Assembly: GCF_964355755.1 (NCBI RefSeq)
Contig: NC_092674.1
Span: 15,562,001-15,626,000, forward strand
Reading direction: 5' to 3'
Origin: Antedon mediterranea
Taxonomy: Eukaryota; Animalia; Echinodermata
Length of the DNA: 64,000 bases
This document shows, in pieces, positions 1-13,636 of the stretch (its first letter is position 1; each line of letters starts with the position of its first letter). The notes beneath the pieces are model-generated. The model was not told the DNA's origin and searched no databases. It saw only the letters and a program-made list of their open reading frames with translations. The translations under genes were made by a program, and so were the position numbers.

Positions 1-394
1 CGTTAGGACCGAGATGTCTGCCCATGTTGCAAGTCTTCTTTCTTTCTTGGGCCCACACGGCAGTTAGTTTCAAAAGATGTTTAAATTAAATAATGTATTA
101 ATAATTATTAGGATGGTATTTATTTGAATAAACGCCTCTCCAATAAAACATCACTTTGAATAATAATCATTATACTATTTGTAGTAGAATTCATCGCACT
201 GTTATCTACAATTTACCAAGCATTTGTTATTTTTTTTTACCACTTTCTCATATCTATTGGAGGATTTCATTTGATTATAAATGTTACCATATTATTAAAA
301 CTAAAAAAAATCAAAAATTAACATATATCCCTCGAATAAGCACCCCTCTCAAATGAACTCCGCCTCCCCAATGGGCCCTACCAAACAATAAATA

Positions 395-850
395 TTACAA
401 CAAATATAAACGTCGTAGTGGTGTGTATCGTTATAAATGTACTATGTGTAATCACAAATGTTTAATTGATTAATTAAGTGTTTAATTTTATTGTTTATAA
501 AACATGAAAACCAATATTTCGTTATTGAGTAGATAAAAGAATATATTTTAAAATTGTTCCTCTTTGAACCCATCATTTTCCCCATCCCTGAAGCCGGCCC
601 TCAACCTGAATGTTACATACAAAACACAAATTGGGTTTGTTAAAATTTGACTAAAAAATGTTTGAGTCAAAGTTTTTCTTTTGAAAGTAACTACCAGGGT
701 GCTAATTTTAGTTGATTACCTACGAATCACCGTGTCTTTTTATTCATTCCTGTAAAAGACATGTATGTTATAGGCTTGCGGTAAATACAGTTTTTTACTA
801 AATTACTATGTGTATTCGAAAACCATCTTTGGGCACGATCTAGACAATTA
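395..850 (+). repeat. Dispersed non-coding repeat, copy A (related copies at ~54410-54895 and ~61030-61510)
   Basis: Shared blocks in the same order at all three loci: aaatataaacgtcgta, aaaattgttc, acaaaacacaaattgggtt, ccagggtgctaattttagtt. Confidence 0.75.
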
Positions 851-1040
851 AATGTATATCATACTATTTTCAGTGACAGAATATCGTAATCCCATAACTA
901 GCGGACTACCTTTACCGTTATAACAAATAATTATTGCAATTTTGAGCAATGATATCAACGGCTTATCATAAATAAGCTCATAAATAAAAAAATTAAAATA
1001 AAAAAATATATAAAATAATGATATATAACAAAATAATTCT

Positions 1041-1200
1041 ATGCGTTTAATATCATTAAATGTTAGAGGTATGGTTAGAATAACAGAAAGTTGATATTGC
1101 TTTGTTACAAGAAACTCACTTTAATAAAAAATCAATAAGTTTTAACAATATTCCACGGAGGGTAAAATGTTTTATAGTTTTGGAATAACGACTTGAGGTG
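1041..1200 (+). mobile_element. L1/Tx1-type APE endonuclease N-terminal relic
   Basis: Reads MRLISLNVRGM...DIALLQETHF, the first motifs of L1-clade endonucleases; broken by indels. Confidence 0.6.
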
Positions 1201-1319
1201 TATATTATTTAAGCCTAGTTTTGATACAAGAGATTACTTACATTCTTCTTACTTCAGCTCCCAGGTAGGCTTTCGCCAGTCAGTCAGTTAGTGTCTATCT
1301 AACTTGATTAAGCTGTCGG

Positions 1320-2490
1320 AGCTTAAATTGGCAAGTGAAGAAGTAATTAATATCATAATTAAAGGCTCATCTTCTAAAACCTGTGCACTTTATACCCACG
1401 GCTTTGATAAAAGCTAGTCCTGGAATCTTCATTCTTGTTATAACTCGAATTGTAAATAACACTATTATGAGTGGTTGTTTTCCCGATACTATGAAGGTTG
1501 CAAATATCCGTCAAACATTTAAGAAAACTAAAAAGTTATAGACCTATTTCAAACCTACGTTTTCTTTCTAAAATTGTTGACAAATTGTTTCAATCCGGTT
1601 GTTAGATCATTCCCTTCTGGATTCTTTCCAATCGGCTTATACAGAATTTCATAGTATACGGAAACAGCATTGCTTCGTATAAATAATGATATACTTTTTG
1701 CAATGGATAATGGTCATCTTACTGCTTTGGTGCTATTAGATTTAAGTGCTGCGTTTGACACAGATTTTGCTTAGTTATAGATTAAATATGTATATTGGCG
1801 TGGAAGGTTGTACACTGAAAGGTTCCTACCTGGATATCAATATGTTTGTATTGGAGACTTTACCTCAGAACCTAGTATATTGAATTTTTCTGTTCCACAA
1901 GGTTCTGTTCTTGGACCACTATTGTTCAACTAATTAAAGATATAATCAGTAAATACAATGTGTTATATCATGTATATTCGGATGAAACCAACATTTACGT
2001 TTCTTTCAAGCCGTCAACTACGTAACATGACATTTGTATACAATCACTAGAAAATTGTATTTCCGAGTTGTATGCTTGGATGAAACGTTTTATTTTAAAC
2101 TAAATGATGAAAAAACTGAGTATATACTTTTTGGGTCCGGAAAACAGCTTGAAAAACTGCCAAAGGTTCTATTTTCATTGATGAGTCTAAAATTGACTCT
2201 GCTATTACTGTCAGAAATCTTAAGGTCACCATGGATGCTAATATAAAAAATGAATAGTCATATTTCAACTATCATATCAGCATCATCATTTTGTTTTAGA
2301 AACATTAAGAGTATTGATATAATTATGTAACTCGCTGTTTTACGGATTACCAAATAAGCAAATCAAATGACTTCAGCTTATTCAAAATGCTTCTGCACGT
2401 CTAATATCACAAATGTAAACAGTTATCGCATATACTCTTACAGAGTTACATTGGCTTCATATTCAGCACCGTATTGTCTATAAAATATTG
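1320..2490 (+). mobile_element. Degenerate L2/Crack-type LINE reverse transcriptase
   Basis: Fragments FQSAY, LLDLSAAFDT, VPQGSVLGPLLF, LKLNDEKTE, LQLIQNASARLI, ELHWL; many frameshifts. Confidence 0.8.
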
Positions 2491-2529
2491 TAACTCTCAG
2501 TTCTACTTAGTATTTGTTTTAACCTTTGT

Positions 2530-3640
2530 TTAAAATACGGTACGGTCCCAAGAGGTATGACTCATGTCATTCTTGTACCTATCGTAAAATCTTAGTCAGG
2601 CGACATTACAAGCAAGGATAATTATAGACCGATTGCCCTAGTCTGTGTAATATCTAAGGTTTTAGAACATGTTCTTATCGAATTATCTGGTGATACTATA
2701 ACTTCTGATGACAGACAATTTGCCTTTAAATCTAACCATGGTACAGAAACTTGTATTTTTGTTTTTAAACAAATAGTTGATTACTACTATCGTAATGGTA
2801 GCCCTGTCTATGTATGCTACCTCGATGCTTCTAAAGCCTTTGATAGGGTGAACCATTGGAAACTGTTTAAGAAATTAATTATTAATGATACTCCATGTCC
2901 AATTGTTAGAGTACTAAAAGCTTGGTATAATATTCATCAGTGTTTTATTATTAAATGGGGTAAATCCTTTTCGGAGCCCTTTCATGTATCAAATGGTGTT
3001 AGACAGGAAGGAGTGATGTCTTCCCATCTGTATAATATGTATATAAATGATCTTATCATTAAGCTTAGCAACAGCAAAGAAGAGTGTGAGTTAAATAATA
3101 TTAAATTTAACAACCTATCGTATGCAGATGACATGGTGCTTATAACCTTCTGCATCAGGGTTGCAACATCTAATTAAAATTTCTGAATGCTTTGCGGCCA
3201 AAAATGATATTGTTTACAATGCTAAGAAATCATCTTGTATGATAATCTGTCCTAAGTCACGGAGGATTCAATTAAAACCTATTATTACCATTATTGGCAA
3301 AAGCTTAGAATATGTTGACTCAACCACATATCTTGGTCATGTTATCCTTGGATTTATGTGATGAGTTTGATATAAAGCGGCAATACAGATCTTTGTGTAT
3401 CCGAGCCAACTCCTTGGTCAGAAAATTTAGTATGTGTTCTATCAATGTGAAATGTGTTTTATTTAGAACATATTGTGTAAATGTGTATTGTGCTACATTA
3501 TGGTGCAACTAAAATCAAGGTACCTTGCGATCTCTCCAGGTATGCTACAATAATGGTTTAAGAATGTTGTTGCAAAGGCCTCGACATTGCAGTGCCAGCT
3601 TCATGTTTACGGAATGTAGAATTCCCTCTTTTTATGAATT
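2530..3640 (+). mobile_element. Degenerate non-LTR retrotransposon RT (RTE-X-like)
   Basis: YRPIALVCVISKVLE, QFAFKSNHGT, YLDASKAFDRVNH, NGVRQEGVMS, YADDMVL; ORFs 2848-3512 are frameshifted pieces. The clade call is tentative. Confidence 0.8.
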
Positions 3641-4459
3641 GTTATCGTTACAAAAATTATTAAAAACTCATCCTTTTGCCCAGGCTTGCTCATAGGTCTA
3701 ATCCTTTCCATTATGAATTCTACATTGAAAATGTCTTGTTTTCAAAACGCGTCCTAATCTTACAGAGGCATGGACTGTATATGCTTTTTAATGCTCTTCC
3801 TAATCTTGCAGTGATACAATATTCATATTACATACATTTCCACAGCTTTTCCCTTGGTATGGAATCGAAAGCTTTGACTGTAAAAAAGATACAGAATGCA
3901 AATATATTGAAGAAGAGGGTAGAATTATTACCCTTAGTGTAAAACACAATAATACGTACAACTTAAAAATACATGCCCTTAACTTAATAATAAAGAAAGT
4001 GCATTGTTGTTGTTTTTAATTAATACATTGTGTAATACAAACGAGAAATACATCATTATTGGAAGAAGGCATGTATATTATATATATAAAGAGTATTCTT
4101 CACTGGTTTAAAAAAATGCATGGCTAAACATGGAGGGAAAAATATTATGTTAGTAGAAGATGTATCATCCAGGTGCAATACTTTTTTGGACATTTCCAAA
4201 AGCGTTTGATTCTCTATAGAAATGTAATGTTTTTATGTCGATATATAAACCTAAATATGGGTTTGGGCTATTAACTTGATAAACACTATGTAAACAGATA
4301 TCTGATACATAGTAATCCACAATGGTTGGATATCTGCAGAACTAGAAAGGTTTATTATGAGATGTTGTTTAAGACAAGGGTATCCTTTGTATGCTTTATT
4401 TATTTTGTTATTATTCTTTGAGATAAAATGGCAACTAATATTAGAAAACACATTATGTA

Positions 4460-5760
4460 GGCCTAAAGGAATAGAATTACCTACATTTGAGAATGAAGAT
4501 CATATTGTTTAAAATAGTTCAACTATTTGACGATATTGTAATATTTACAAAAGATGAAAGTAAATTAGATCACATTCTGCGTGAAATTGAAATGCTTTGT
4601 TCAATATCAGTTTTAAGGGTAAATAAAATAAATCGAAAGGAATTTAGATTGGCGCAAATAAAAATTAACGAACATCGCCATTTAATATCAAATAAACAAA
4701 AGAACCAGTGAATTTCTTGGAATCTACGCAGGGTATGATAAACCCTACAGTGTTTTTGGGAAATTGGGATGATACCGTTCTAAAATTTAGATAATACTCT
4801 AAAACTATGGAAAAATGGAACTTTACGTTTTGGCAAGGTAACGATAATACAATCGTAAAGAATAATACATAATACAGCGTAAAGCTACCAAATACATTTT
4901 GAATTACCCCGATCAAGATTACAAAGAAAGTCTAACATTGCTCAATTTACTGACCCTATCATATAGAAGAGAATATATGGATGTTAACTTCTTCCATCAA
5001 TGCTTGCTTAACATGAAATCAAGGATTTCGTTACATTTTCCGGAGACAATAATGGTCGTGCAACAAGATCATCTGTTGATGACCTCAATCTTACTGTTAG
5101 AAATGGTCATACTGAATCACATAAATTGATATATTTCCAACGCATTGTTCCCATGTGGAATCAGTTAGATCAAGATACTAGAGAAGCACCTACATCTTGC
5201 AGGTTTAAGCTAGGGGTAAGAAATATTTATTATTATTTACCAATACGTATGAGACAGGCAATATGTGCACATAGGTGTCCTGTTGTCACTGCTTTAAATG
5301 TCGGCCAACTTAGTTTAATCTTAAATAATACCAATTTATTAATTACTATTATATTTAAATATTTATTATAAAGTTATAAACCTTTTCATTACTCATTGTG
5401 CAATTTGGGATTGGACCGTTCTAGAGGTGTTTACCACCTGTTGGTCCCATCCTTCACTGAATGTACTCTGTTCTTTTTATATGTATGTCTTTTTCTTTCT
5501 TTGTATGTACATTTTGAAATTAATATACAATGCTTGTATAATTAACATATCTTTCCAAAAGTTGACAAATTATTATATAGATTTTTGTGGGGAAGGAAAC
5601 GGGTGAATGTTCAAAGAAAACACATTATATAAAGGTGGTATAAATATGGTGAATTTTAATGTCTTACTTGACTCTTTAAAGTTGAGTTGGGTTAAGAGAC
5701 TCCTAAACCCTAACCCAGGTATTTGGAAATGTATTCAAAATTACTTTTAATTTATCGTTT
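4460..5760 (+). mobile_element. Tx1/L1 RT relic (4460-4858 and 5540-5760) interrupted by the 3' end of a CR1/L2 element (~4870-5520)
   Basis: Tx1 parts: KGIEL...QLFDDIVIF, FGKVTIIQS, YRFLWG, LKLSWVKRLL. Insert: IQRKATKYILNYP...LNLLTLSYRR, YFQRIVPMWNQL plus 3' UTR. Confidence 0.65.
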
Positions 5761-6192
5761 ACGACGGGCGTACACCAATCTCAAAATAATAACCATAAAA
5801 GTATGGCAATTGGTTTGTATGATGCGTCAAGCGGTGTCGGTGGTGTCGATGCTGATGGGTTTCGACAGTCTTGGAGAGCGACCAAACGTAAACGTTCTAA
5901 GATAAAGCGTGTTTTAGGCTAATATTTTAATATTGGCCTAAAAGCGAGACAACTTTTAATATGTACCTGGGAAAATGAACCCGGGTACAAGTAGAAGATA
6001 TTAAGAACCATCTCCGTACTAAGTCAATAGATGCAAATTGCATCGCTACCAAGTAAAAGGGATGATAGTTCTTTGTTCAAGAGAAGTTGTGATTTTAATA
6101 GTAGTCGTTCGTAAAGCCTTTTTACCTGTCGATCGTTGAGTTACGTTTATTAGTTGCGTTGAATTGACAGGATTCAACGATTTTACAGGAAA

Positions 6193-6480
6193 AGAGCACT
6201 GTGGCGCAATTGTTAGGGCATTGGACTTGCAATAAAGAGATTGCCGGCAGTGTTTAGTCCTTGAGCAAGATTCTTTATCCACACTGTTCCTCCCCACCCA
6301 GGTGATAGAAATGGGTACCGGTATGTAAAAAGTACTGGAAAAGTAAATCAGACCCGTTTGTGCGAGAGGAGTAGCGTACCCTCACAAACATACACACTTA
6401 ATGGAGTCTGGCCCAAACGCTAAAGAAATTGAGATGGGCACCACGGCCATTAGCTTTAGCTTAGGTTTCGACAGGAAAAG
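6193..6480 (+). mobile_element. tRNA-derived SINE
   Basis: A-box-like gtggcgcaattgttagggcattggactt followed by a conserved SINE core gtccttgagcaagattctttat...ccacccaggtg...aaatgggtaccgg. Confidence 0.65.
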
Positions 6481-6575
6481 AATAGGTACACGCTGACAAT
6501 TCTCTAATTTTGACAAACTGCCTCCAGTAGTATATTTTATTGAATTCGCATTTTAACCAGTGTATTGTAACTCAT

Positions 6576-8544
6576 TTATGTTGACAAGCTGCTGTTTAAT
6601 ATATCTATATACATACACAACTTGCAGTCAATTCGTTTCCATATAACAACATACCTGTGAAGAAACACAATTATTTGTTTTACAACCGTTTTTGGATCAA
6701 TGAAATATTTAATTAATATAGTAGTGTAATATTTTTTTTTCGAATGTATTTGTCATTATTGGGAAACGTCTTACTTTCCAGTATCTTTGTTAGTACCATC
6801 ATCACCAATCAATCGATAGTGCCCCCGCTCAAATACATATTCACCGCCAGATGGACCAACCTCGTCTACTTCTAATGATAATTCTGGTGAATTTTTCCAC
6901 ATGTCTTCTAACATCTTTTCTGCCACTAATAGTCAATAAAACATTGTTAATAAAGCAGCTGACAAAACAAACGACAACCTCCAAACCCATAGAAGGTTTC
7001 TCAAAACATTGCAATAAAATGCAACCATAATTATGGTGATATAACATAGGAGAGTCACATGGATACTCACTGGCTCTGCCTTCTAATGTTTCATGGTTTG
7101 CTAACATTATTTTACAGTCAGGTGCATAGTTTTCAGCAGCTTTCTTAAAGTTGCCTGCTTTGAACATGGCTTGAAATTCTGCATTGCGCCGTTGGACTTC
7201 ACTCTTTAATTCTGCAGTTTAAATATATAACAAAACAACAATTATTATTCATTCATTCATTTTAAAACGTTTGCTCAAAGCCTCAAAATATAACAAACTT
7301 TCTTTAATATTGTTGTTACTTTTCAGGCCAAGCTGCTCATTGCATTCAGAAAATAATATTCGATTTTGTCTCATGTTTTTCTTAATTTTGTTATCTCTCT
7401 TTCTATAGTATCCATAGGGCACAGGAAATGATGTTTTATAGTGTTGGTTGTTGTTTACGAGATAACGTTATAATGCCTATTTATTGCTATATTTTAGCAG
7501 TATACAGTAGTTAGTGGACATGCGCATGTAGCTGCGGATTGATAAGCTTTAAGAGTAAGCTAAATTATCGCCATTTGTCAATATTGATTATGTGTCGACT
7601 TGTTTACAAGTGGAGGAAAATTGCGCGCTCCAGGGGCGCAGTCAACGATAAAATCAGGGTCAAATATTTGGAGTACCGGACTTTACAAACGTGGCGAAAA
7701 CTGATAGCTACAGGGCACCGACAGCTTTTCACTTTCTAGGTAATTTCAATTGGTTTAAATAACTATGACAATTTGAACACAAATAAATGAAGTTAGAAAA
7801 AAAGAACCTTACTCAGTAAACTATTGCTGAGACTTTTAGTTTCAAGATGTAGGCCTATTAAATAATTTAAACAATATATTATTATTATTATTAATTTTAT
7901 CCAGGTAAGATCACCGGATTTCGTCTCAGATTTGTCTTAATTTTGTTATTTCAATTGACTCCTAGCAGCCACAGAATGTTTGTTATAATATTTCATGTTG
8001 GGATAATTCTTACAATACATTCTTAAAGAATACATGTGTCGTGTTGATTGATTATGTTTTTTTATTTTTCATTATTTACACATAATTATATCCGTACGGC
8101 GTACTGTATAGTTGTTGTATGCCATTAACGGTAATACTCATTTTTGTTTATGAAAAAAAAAAAGATCTCTACAAAATTAGGACAGCCACATGCCCCTTTT
8201 TATTCTTAAAACTGGAATGTTAAGTATTCAAACCTCGGTCAATGAAACTGGCTCACCCGTTTTGGCCACCGCTGATTTTAGTTTATCCGGCAAATGAATA
8301 TTATTTAAAAACAATAGCGGATTCAACAAACATAAGCCTCACTACAGTACTTTCCTGTGAATGTGAGCCGAGACTGACGGCTCACTATTCAATCCAGGAA
8401 ACTGACTTTCGTTATCAATTTTACAAAAACCAAACCAAAAAAAAACCCAAAAAAACAGAAAACCCCCAACATTAATGTTTGTGTCGAAAACACCAGAAAC
8501 AGGAGTTAAGGATACAAAAACACCGAATGGCACTTACCTGCCAT
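6576..8544 (-). CDS. NTF2-like / DUF4440 (SgcJ/EcaC, ketosteroid-isomerase-like) protein, 125 aa, 4 coding exons
   Basis: Exons 8544-8538, 7211-7071, 6925-6775, 6654-6576; all GT-AG and phase-consistent, 378 nt. Protein: MAELKSEVQRRNAEFQAMFKAGNFKKAAENYAPDCKIMLANHETLEGRAMAEKMLEDMWKNSPELSLEVDEVGPSGGEYVFERGHYRLIGDDGTNKDTGKYVVIWKRIDCKLCMYIDILNSSLST. The Y.PD, GR, ERGHY and GKYVVIWKR motifs fit the family. Confidence 0.85.
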
Positions 8545-9000
8545 TGTTGCAAACACGTCTGCCCACAAATGAAGAACGATATGCATATGTTTTCACAATC
8601 AAAACACAACACAAAGCGATCAAAACTTTAATCACACAATTGTTATCGTAGGGCATATGGTCGATAATCTATGCAAGTGCAAACAGAGGTTATGAAAAAC
8701 ATTACAATGAACATTCTGAACAGTGATTTGAAACGCCGAAATAGGATTTGAATCAATCTGGGACCGCCGATAATGTCCACCTGACACACATTGTGTTAAG
8801 AAGTGGAAACAATTCTTGTGCGGGTAAATTGAGTAGGTCAAATGTTATTTAGAGCTATGACACATTGAAATATATTAATGTTTACTACAGAATACATAAA
8901 TGTTACTTTAAAAGCTAGTTGTCGATATTGCAAAGTTAATATTGCACAATCATAAATTATATGTACACTTTTATTTTACAGTATGTATTATGGTTCTAGG

Positions 9001-9122
9001 CTGGTTACCCGGACGTTTACCCCGGTATTTCCCCCCGGACGTTTACCCCGGTATTTCCCCCCGGACGTTTCTCCCATCCCCGTTACATTCCTCCGGACTA
9101 TCTCTGGACATTTCCCCCCACC
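9001..9122 (+). repeat. GC-rich short tandem array (cggacgtttaccccggtatttccccc), probable MITE terminus truncated by the adjacent LINE
   Basis: Two near-perfect ~27-bp units plus degenerate cggac units in otherwise AT-rich DNA. Confidence 0.6.
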
Positions 9123-9134
9123 ACATCATTATTC

Positions 9135-12100
9135 CACATTTATTTAGTCATCAATTACAGTACATCATAATTACAGTACAACTGAGAACAGGGATCCTGC
9201 ATAAAAAAGCTGTAGCTTCGTTTTTTTGTAGGACCCTTTTACATAAGAACAAGTATATAGAACTTAAATAAACAAAGGTGTTGTTAATCAGCATATAGTG
9301 ATAAAAAGTATTTTTTAACCTATTTTTTTATACATTTATTTTGTTTCTTTAAGATAACCGGTTTATTACCACCATTACAAGTGAATTCTTTCCACAATTT
9401 TGGTCCATATATGTGTATAAACTGTTGACTGCAAGTTAGTCTTGTGAAGGGAATTTCGAATTCAGTTTCTGTTCTGAGGTTATGAGTAGGCCTAATACTG
9501 TCACAGTATTTAAAAATATTTAAAATGTGATGTGGTAATTCATTGAATTTTACGTTTGCCATAAATCCTATGACGTTTACTTTGTAAATATCATAAACGT
9601 TTAATATTTTTAGTTTCTTAAACAGTGGCTCTGAGGCTTGTCTGGATTTAGAGAAGGTAATGCATTTTACAGCTCTCTTTTGGAGTTTTAGTATTAATTC
9701 TAACGTGCTCTTGTATGTATTTCCCCATATTAAGTTACCATACTGAAGGTGAGGTAATACTAAGGTGTTATAAAGACTAATACGGACTTTATGAGGAAAG
9801 AATTCTCTTAATTTTAAAAGTATACCAATTGCCCTAGACATTTTTTTCCTAATAAGCTGTATGTGATGTTTCCAGTTAAGATTTTCGTTTAAAATTACAC
9901 CTAGAAATGTCACATTTTCTTTTCTATGTAATAACACATTATTCATTTTTATTTTAAACTGGTTTTTGTCAAAGTTCTTTTGGTTAGTTCTAAAAACAAC
10001 GTAATTAGTTTTGCTGACATTCAGTAACAGCTTATTTGCTTTAAGCCATACGTTTATTTTTTCTAGTTCAATATTCATAGTATGGTTTAACATTGTAGGG
10101 TCATCTCCCCTTGTTATACAAGTTGTGTCGTCAGCAAAACTAATTATATCAATTTGACTACTTGCTCGACTTATATCATTGATGTAAATTAAAAACAAAA
10201 GTGGTCCTAAAACAGAACCCTGTGGCACCCCTATATTGGTGTCTTTTAAACATGATGATCTACCGTTGGCATAAACATATTGTTTGCGGCCACTTAAATA
10301 GTTTCTAAACCACATTAAAACGATGCCTCTTATACCATAATGCGCCCATTTGCTCAACAGAATACTGTGATCGATAATGTCAAACGCTTTTGACAAATCC
10401 ATAAAGGTAGTAAGTGCATATTCCTTTTTTTCAAATGCATTTAATATTTTATGGACCAAGTCGATCATAGCATGAGAAGTTGAGTGTTTGTTTCTAAATC
10501 CATATTGATTGTTGCTTAACACTTTACATTTTGTAAGATAATTGTATAATTGATTATGGATAATCTTTTCAAAAACTTTCGAAAAATGGGCAACAGCGAT
10601 ATGGGACGATAGTTTGAGGCCAAATGGCGGTCCCCTTTTTTATGTATGGGAACTACTTTGGAAATTTTCAACTTCCCTGGTATTAGTCCAGTTTGAAGTG
10701 ATAAATTAAAAATATATGTCAGCGGCTTTAAAATATTGTATTTTACTTCCTTTACAACTTTTGCTGAAATATCATCAAATCCGGGGGCTTTGTTTGAATC
10801 GAGAGATTCAATAACTTTTAGTACCTCCTCCTCATCAACATAGCAAAAAAACATTGAGTTGCGTTGTTTGTTTGTGAGGTATTCAGAATATTTTGTCGTA
10901 GTAGACTCAATATTGTCTCGAACCTTACAACCTACATTAATAAAATAATCATTAATATGATTTACAACATTTTCGCAACCATATATAGTTTCATTGCTAT
11001 GTGTAAAAGAAGATGGAACTTTAGTTTTTCCTTTATTCGGATCAATTACATCATTTATAACATTCCATGTTTTTTTAATATTACCATTTGTTCGATTGAA
11101 AAGATTTTCATAATACATCTTTTTGGCGATTTTGCACGTGCGTGCAAAAGCTTTTTTAAATTCTTTATACGTATTTTTGTTTTTTTACAGTAGGGTGTTT
11201 TATGAACCTTTTATACAGTACATGCTTTCTTTTACTTGACCTTAGTAACCCAAAACTCATCCAGGGCTGCTTGAATTTGTCATACTGTTTTGATGACTTT
11301 GCAGTTTTTTTAAGGTGTTTGTTATATAGAAACTTAAAATTATCCAGAAAATCATTATAAGCGATTTCTGGATCAGTCGCTTCATATACTCCAAGCCACT
11401 CTGCACTTAATAAATCACTATTTAGTTTCATAATATTTCTATTGTTAACTATATACGTGTCACATGAGACTGAGGTGCCTTTATTCATGTGCGTGTTTAC
11501 GTGGGAAGACGAAGCAGAGTGAGTTATTTGATATACTGGTAAATGGTCGGAAATGTCCGAGATTAGTATACCAGATAGAACTTTTTCGGAAATTGTATTT
11601 GAAAATATGTTGTCAATTAGTGTTACTGACTGATCTTGTATTCTAGTTGGTCTAGATATAGATGGATAAAACGAGTGAGACATCATTATTTCAATAAAAT
11701 CATTTACATCACTGCATGTTACATGTTTAAGCAGATTGATATTAAAATCTCCCATGATATAACATGGTTTACCTTCTTTGTCTATAGCAGTGAGGACATC
11801 TTCAAGTGAATCATTAAAAACATCTATTTTCATGTCTGGTGGTCTGTAGACAGTACCAACAATTGCATTTTTACACTTTTTTTCAATTATCTCAATAAAC
11901 AGACATTCACAGAAATTAATTTTCAAATCGGTTCTTGTTTTGACCTCTATAGTATTTGAAATAAACAAGCCAACACCACCTCCTTTTCGATTTTCCCTGT
12001 CTAGAGCATGGAAATCGTAGTTTGGTAAGTATGGTCTAGGTGATGTTTCTTTAAGCCATGTTTCTGATATGCCAATTACAGTGAATGGGTGTTTAATGCC

Positions 12101-12440
12101 GTTTAAACAAGTAATTAATTCATCTAAGTGTTTGTTAATACTTCTGATATTATAGTGTAAAAATGAGTAGCTGATATTATTTATTTTATTAACAGAGTCA
12201 TTTAACTGGTCTGTGCTCATATACGAGCATGTCTCTATCGTACATATTTTATTGCTAAGACTATGATCAGTTAGTTCATCCTGTTCGTCAAAGTTGTTAC
12301 ATAGAGTAATAGGATTGAATAATATATCAGTTTGATTTGATAGATTGTCATTGTTTATACTTGTTGCGCTTTCATATATTAATGTTATCATTATTCTAAC
12401 AAATTTAGAGTAATACATATTTACACAACTCAAATACTAT
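9135..12440 (-). mobile_element. CR1/L2-group (Crack/Daphne-like) LINE with near-complete ORF2 (APE endonuclease + RT) split by two frameshifts
   Basis: ORF 11165-12433 (NIRS, ISETWL, YRPP, GDFN, TLIDNIF, SDHLP), ORF 10516-11118 (NYRPISLL), ORF 9320-10522 (QYGFR, DLSKAFD, GVPQGSVLGP, FADDT); 3' UTR stem-loop at ~9191-9236. Confidence 0.93.
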
Positions 12441-12446
12441 AATAGT

Positions 12447-13060
12447 ATTTTTAGTCGCGTGCAACGCGACTCTACAGCTCACTATGTCGGTCGGTCGGTA
12501 AACACTAACTTGTCTTGATCAGTTTCTAGCTAAGTCAATTTTTCAGAGTATATTCCTTATGGCCAGGAATCGATGTGGTTATGTTTTCACGGCGCGCAAT
12601 CAAAAATTACGCGGTCTACGCACGATTTAACAAAATCACGTTTGTAATCATATCTTCACAAGCATGAACCACAATTTAATAAAATTTGGTATTCATAAAT
12701 TTCAAGGCATAAATCATCATTATTTTGGCAATACAATTACGTGCGTAGCTTAAAATTTTCAATTTTGTTCTCGATGAAATAAGACAACGTTTCAGGCAAT
12801 TTTAAGCGTTTAAAAAATTGCCATGAGTGCGCAGATTTTTGCAAATGTTAATATGCACTCTTTTTGCCCGATTTCTGTTTTACAACCTTTCTTTAATAAT
12901 ATCATCCTATTTGATTTACATTTCAACTCGAAATTACGTTATACGAGCACGTCAAAAGTGACAGGCTACGCACGTATAAATTTATAAATACATTTTTAAA
13001 CGGGCATGTGATTCATAATTAAAGAACTATCTTTGATTTGTATGTATTTTTGGGATTAAA
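12447..13060 (+). mobile_element. Possible Helentron-associated non-autonomous element (HINE/DINE-1-like)
   Basis: Starts in a T run, then palindrome agtcgcgtgcaacgcgact and a (gtcg)n microsatellite, as in DINE-1/HINE elements. The right boundary is uncertain. Confidence 0.45.
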
Positions 13061-13189
13061 GGACATCTTTTTAATAATTAATCATAAATAGCCTATATCT
13101 GAAGAAAGAACAATGCTTAATTTTAAAATGTTGAGCAGCGTTTTTTGTAAGAAATATTTCATATAATACATATATCTTTATCATAGCTA

Positions 13190-13524
13190 CCTAAAAATTT
13201 GATTGGTTCTTGTGTCCATGTGATATTGAAAGGGGTATCATTACATTCCTTCATTGAACCTATTTACATTCCTTTTATTTTTATTTAATTTTAGGCTGGA
13301 CATTTTACAAAATCGTTCAAATTCATTAAAGAAATGTTAAACTTGTTTCTTGTAAAAATGACTTTGTAGTCTGCTAATTGAGCAATTTTTACAGTGTTCT
13401 TATGAACGTTTTCTGTTCTTGGTAGAACAATCCCTTTACATTTTGGATTATTCCTAATGCTTACAGCTATTATTTCTACCGCAACTATAAAAAGTAAAGC
13501 GGATAATGGGCATCCTTGTCCCAC
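13190..13524 (-). mobile_element. Tx1/L1 RT fragment
   Basis: GQGCPLSALLFIVAVE...KGI...IAQLADY, i.e. RT motifs 4-5 of the L1/Tx1 clade. Confidence 0.75.
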
Positions 13525-13636
13525 GTTCCCATAGAATAACTTTGCGTATCCCTATTGCTCGACGTGCGAGGCGCCCTTAAAATTGAGTCCCATTAGTTAA
13601 TAGAGTGGCTCGCGTGCTTTTTATTTGATAATCTAT

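Noticed and set aside
10864-11646. Plus-strand ORFs overlapping the LINE (likewise 44595-47273 and 56915-59892)
   Set aside because: Antisense or shifted-frame shadows of retrotransposon coding sequence with no recognisable motifs.
13530-13636. Short CATAGA...TCTAT segment that might be a further P-type MITE
   Set aside because: The terminal match is too short and there is no TSD; it cannot be supported from a single copy.
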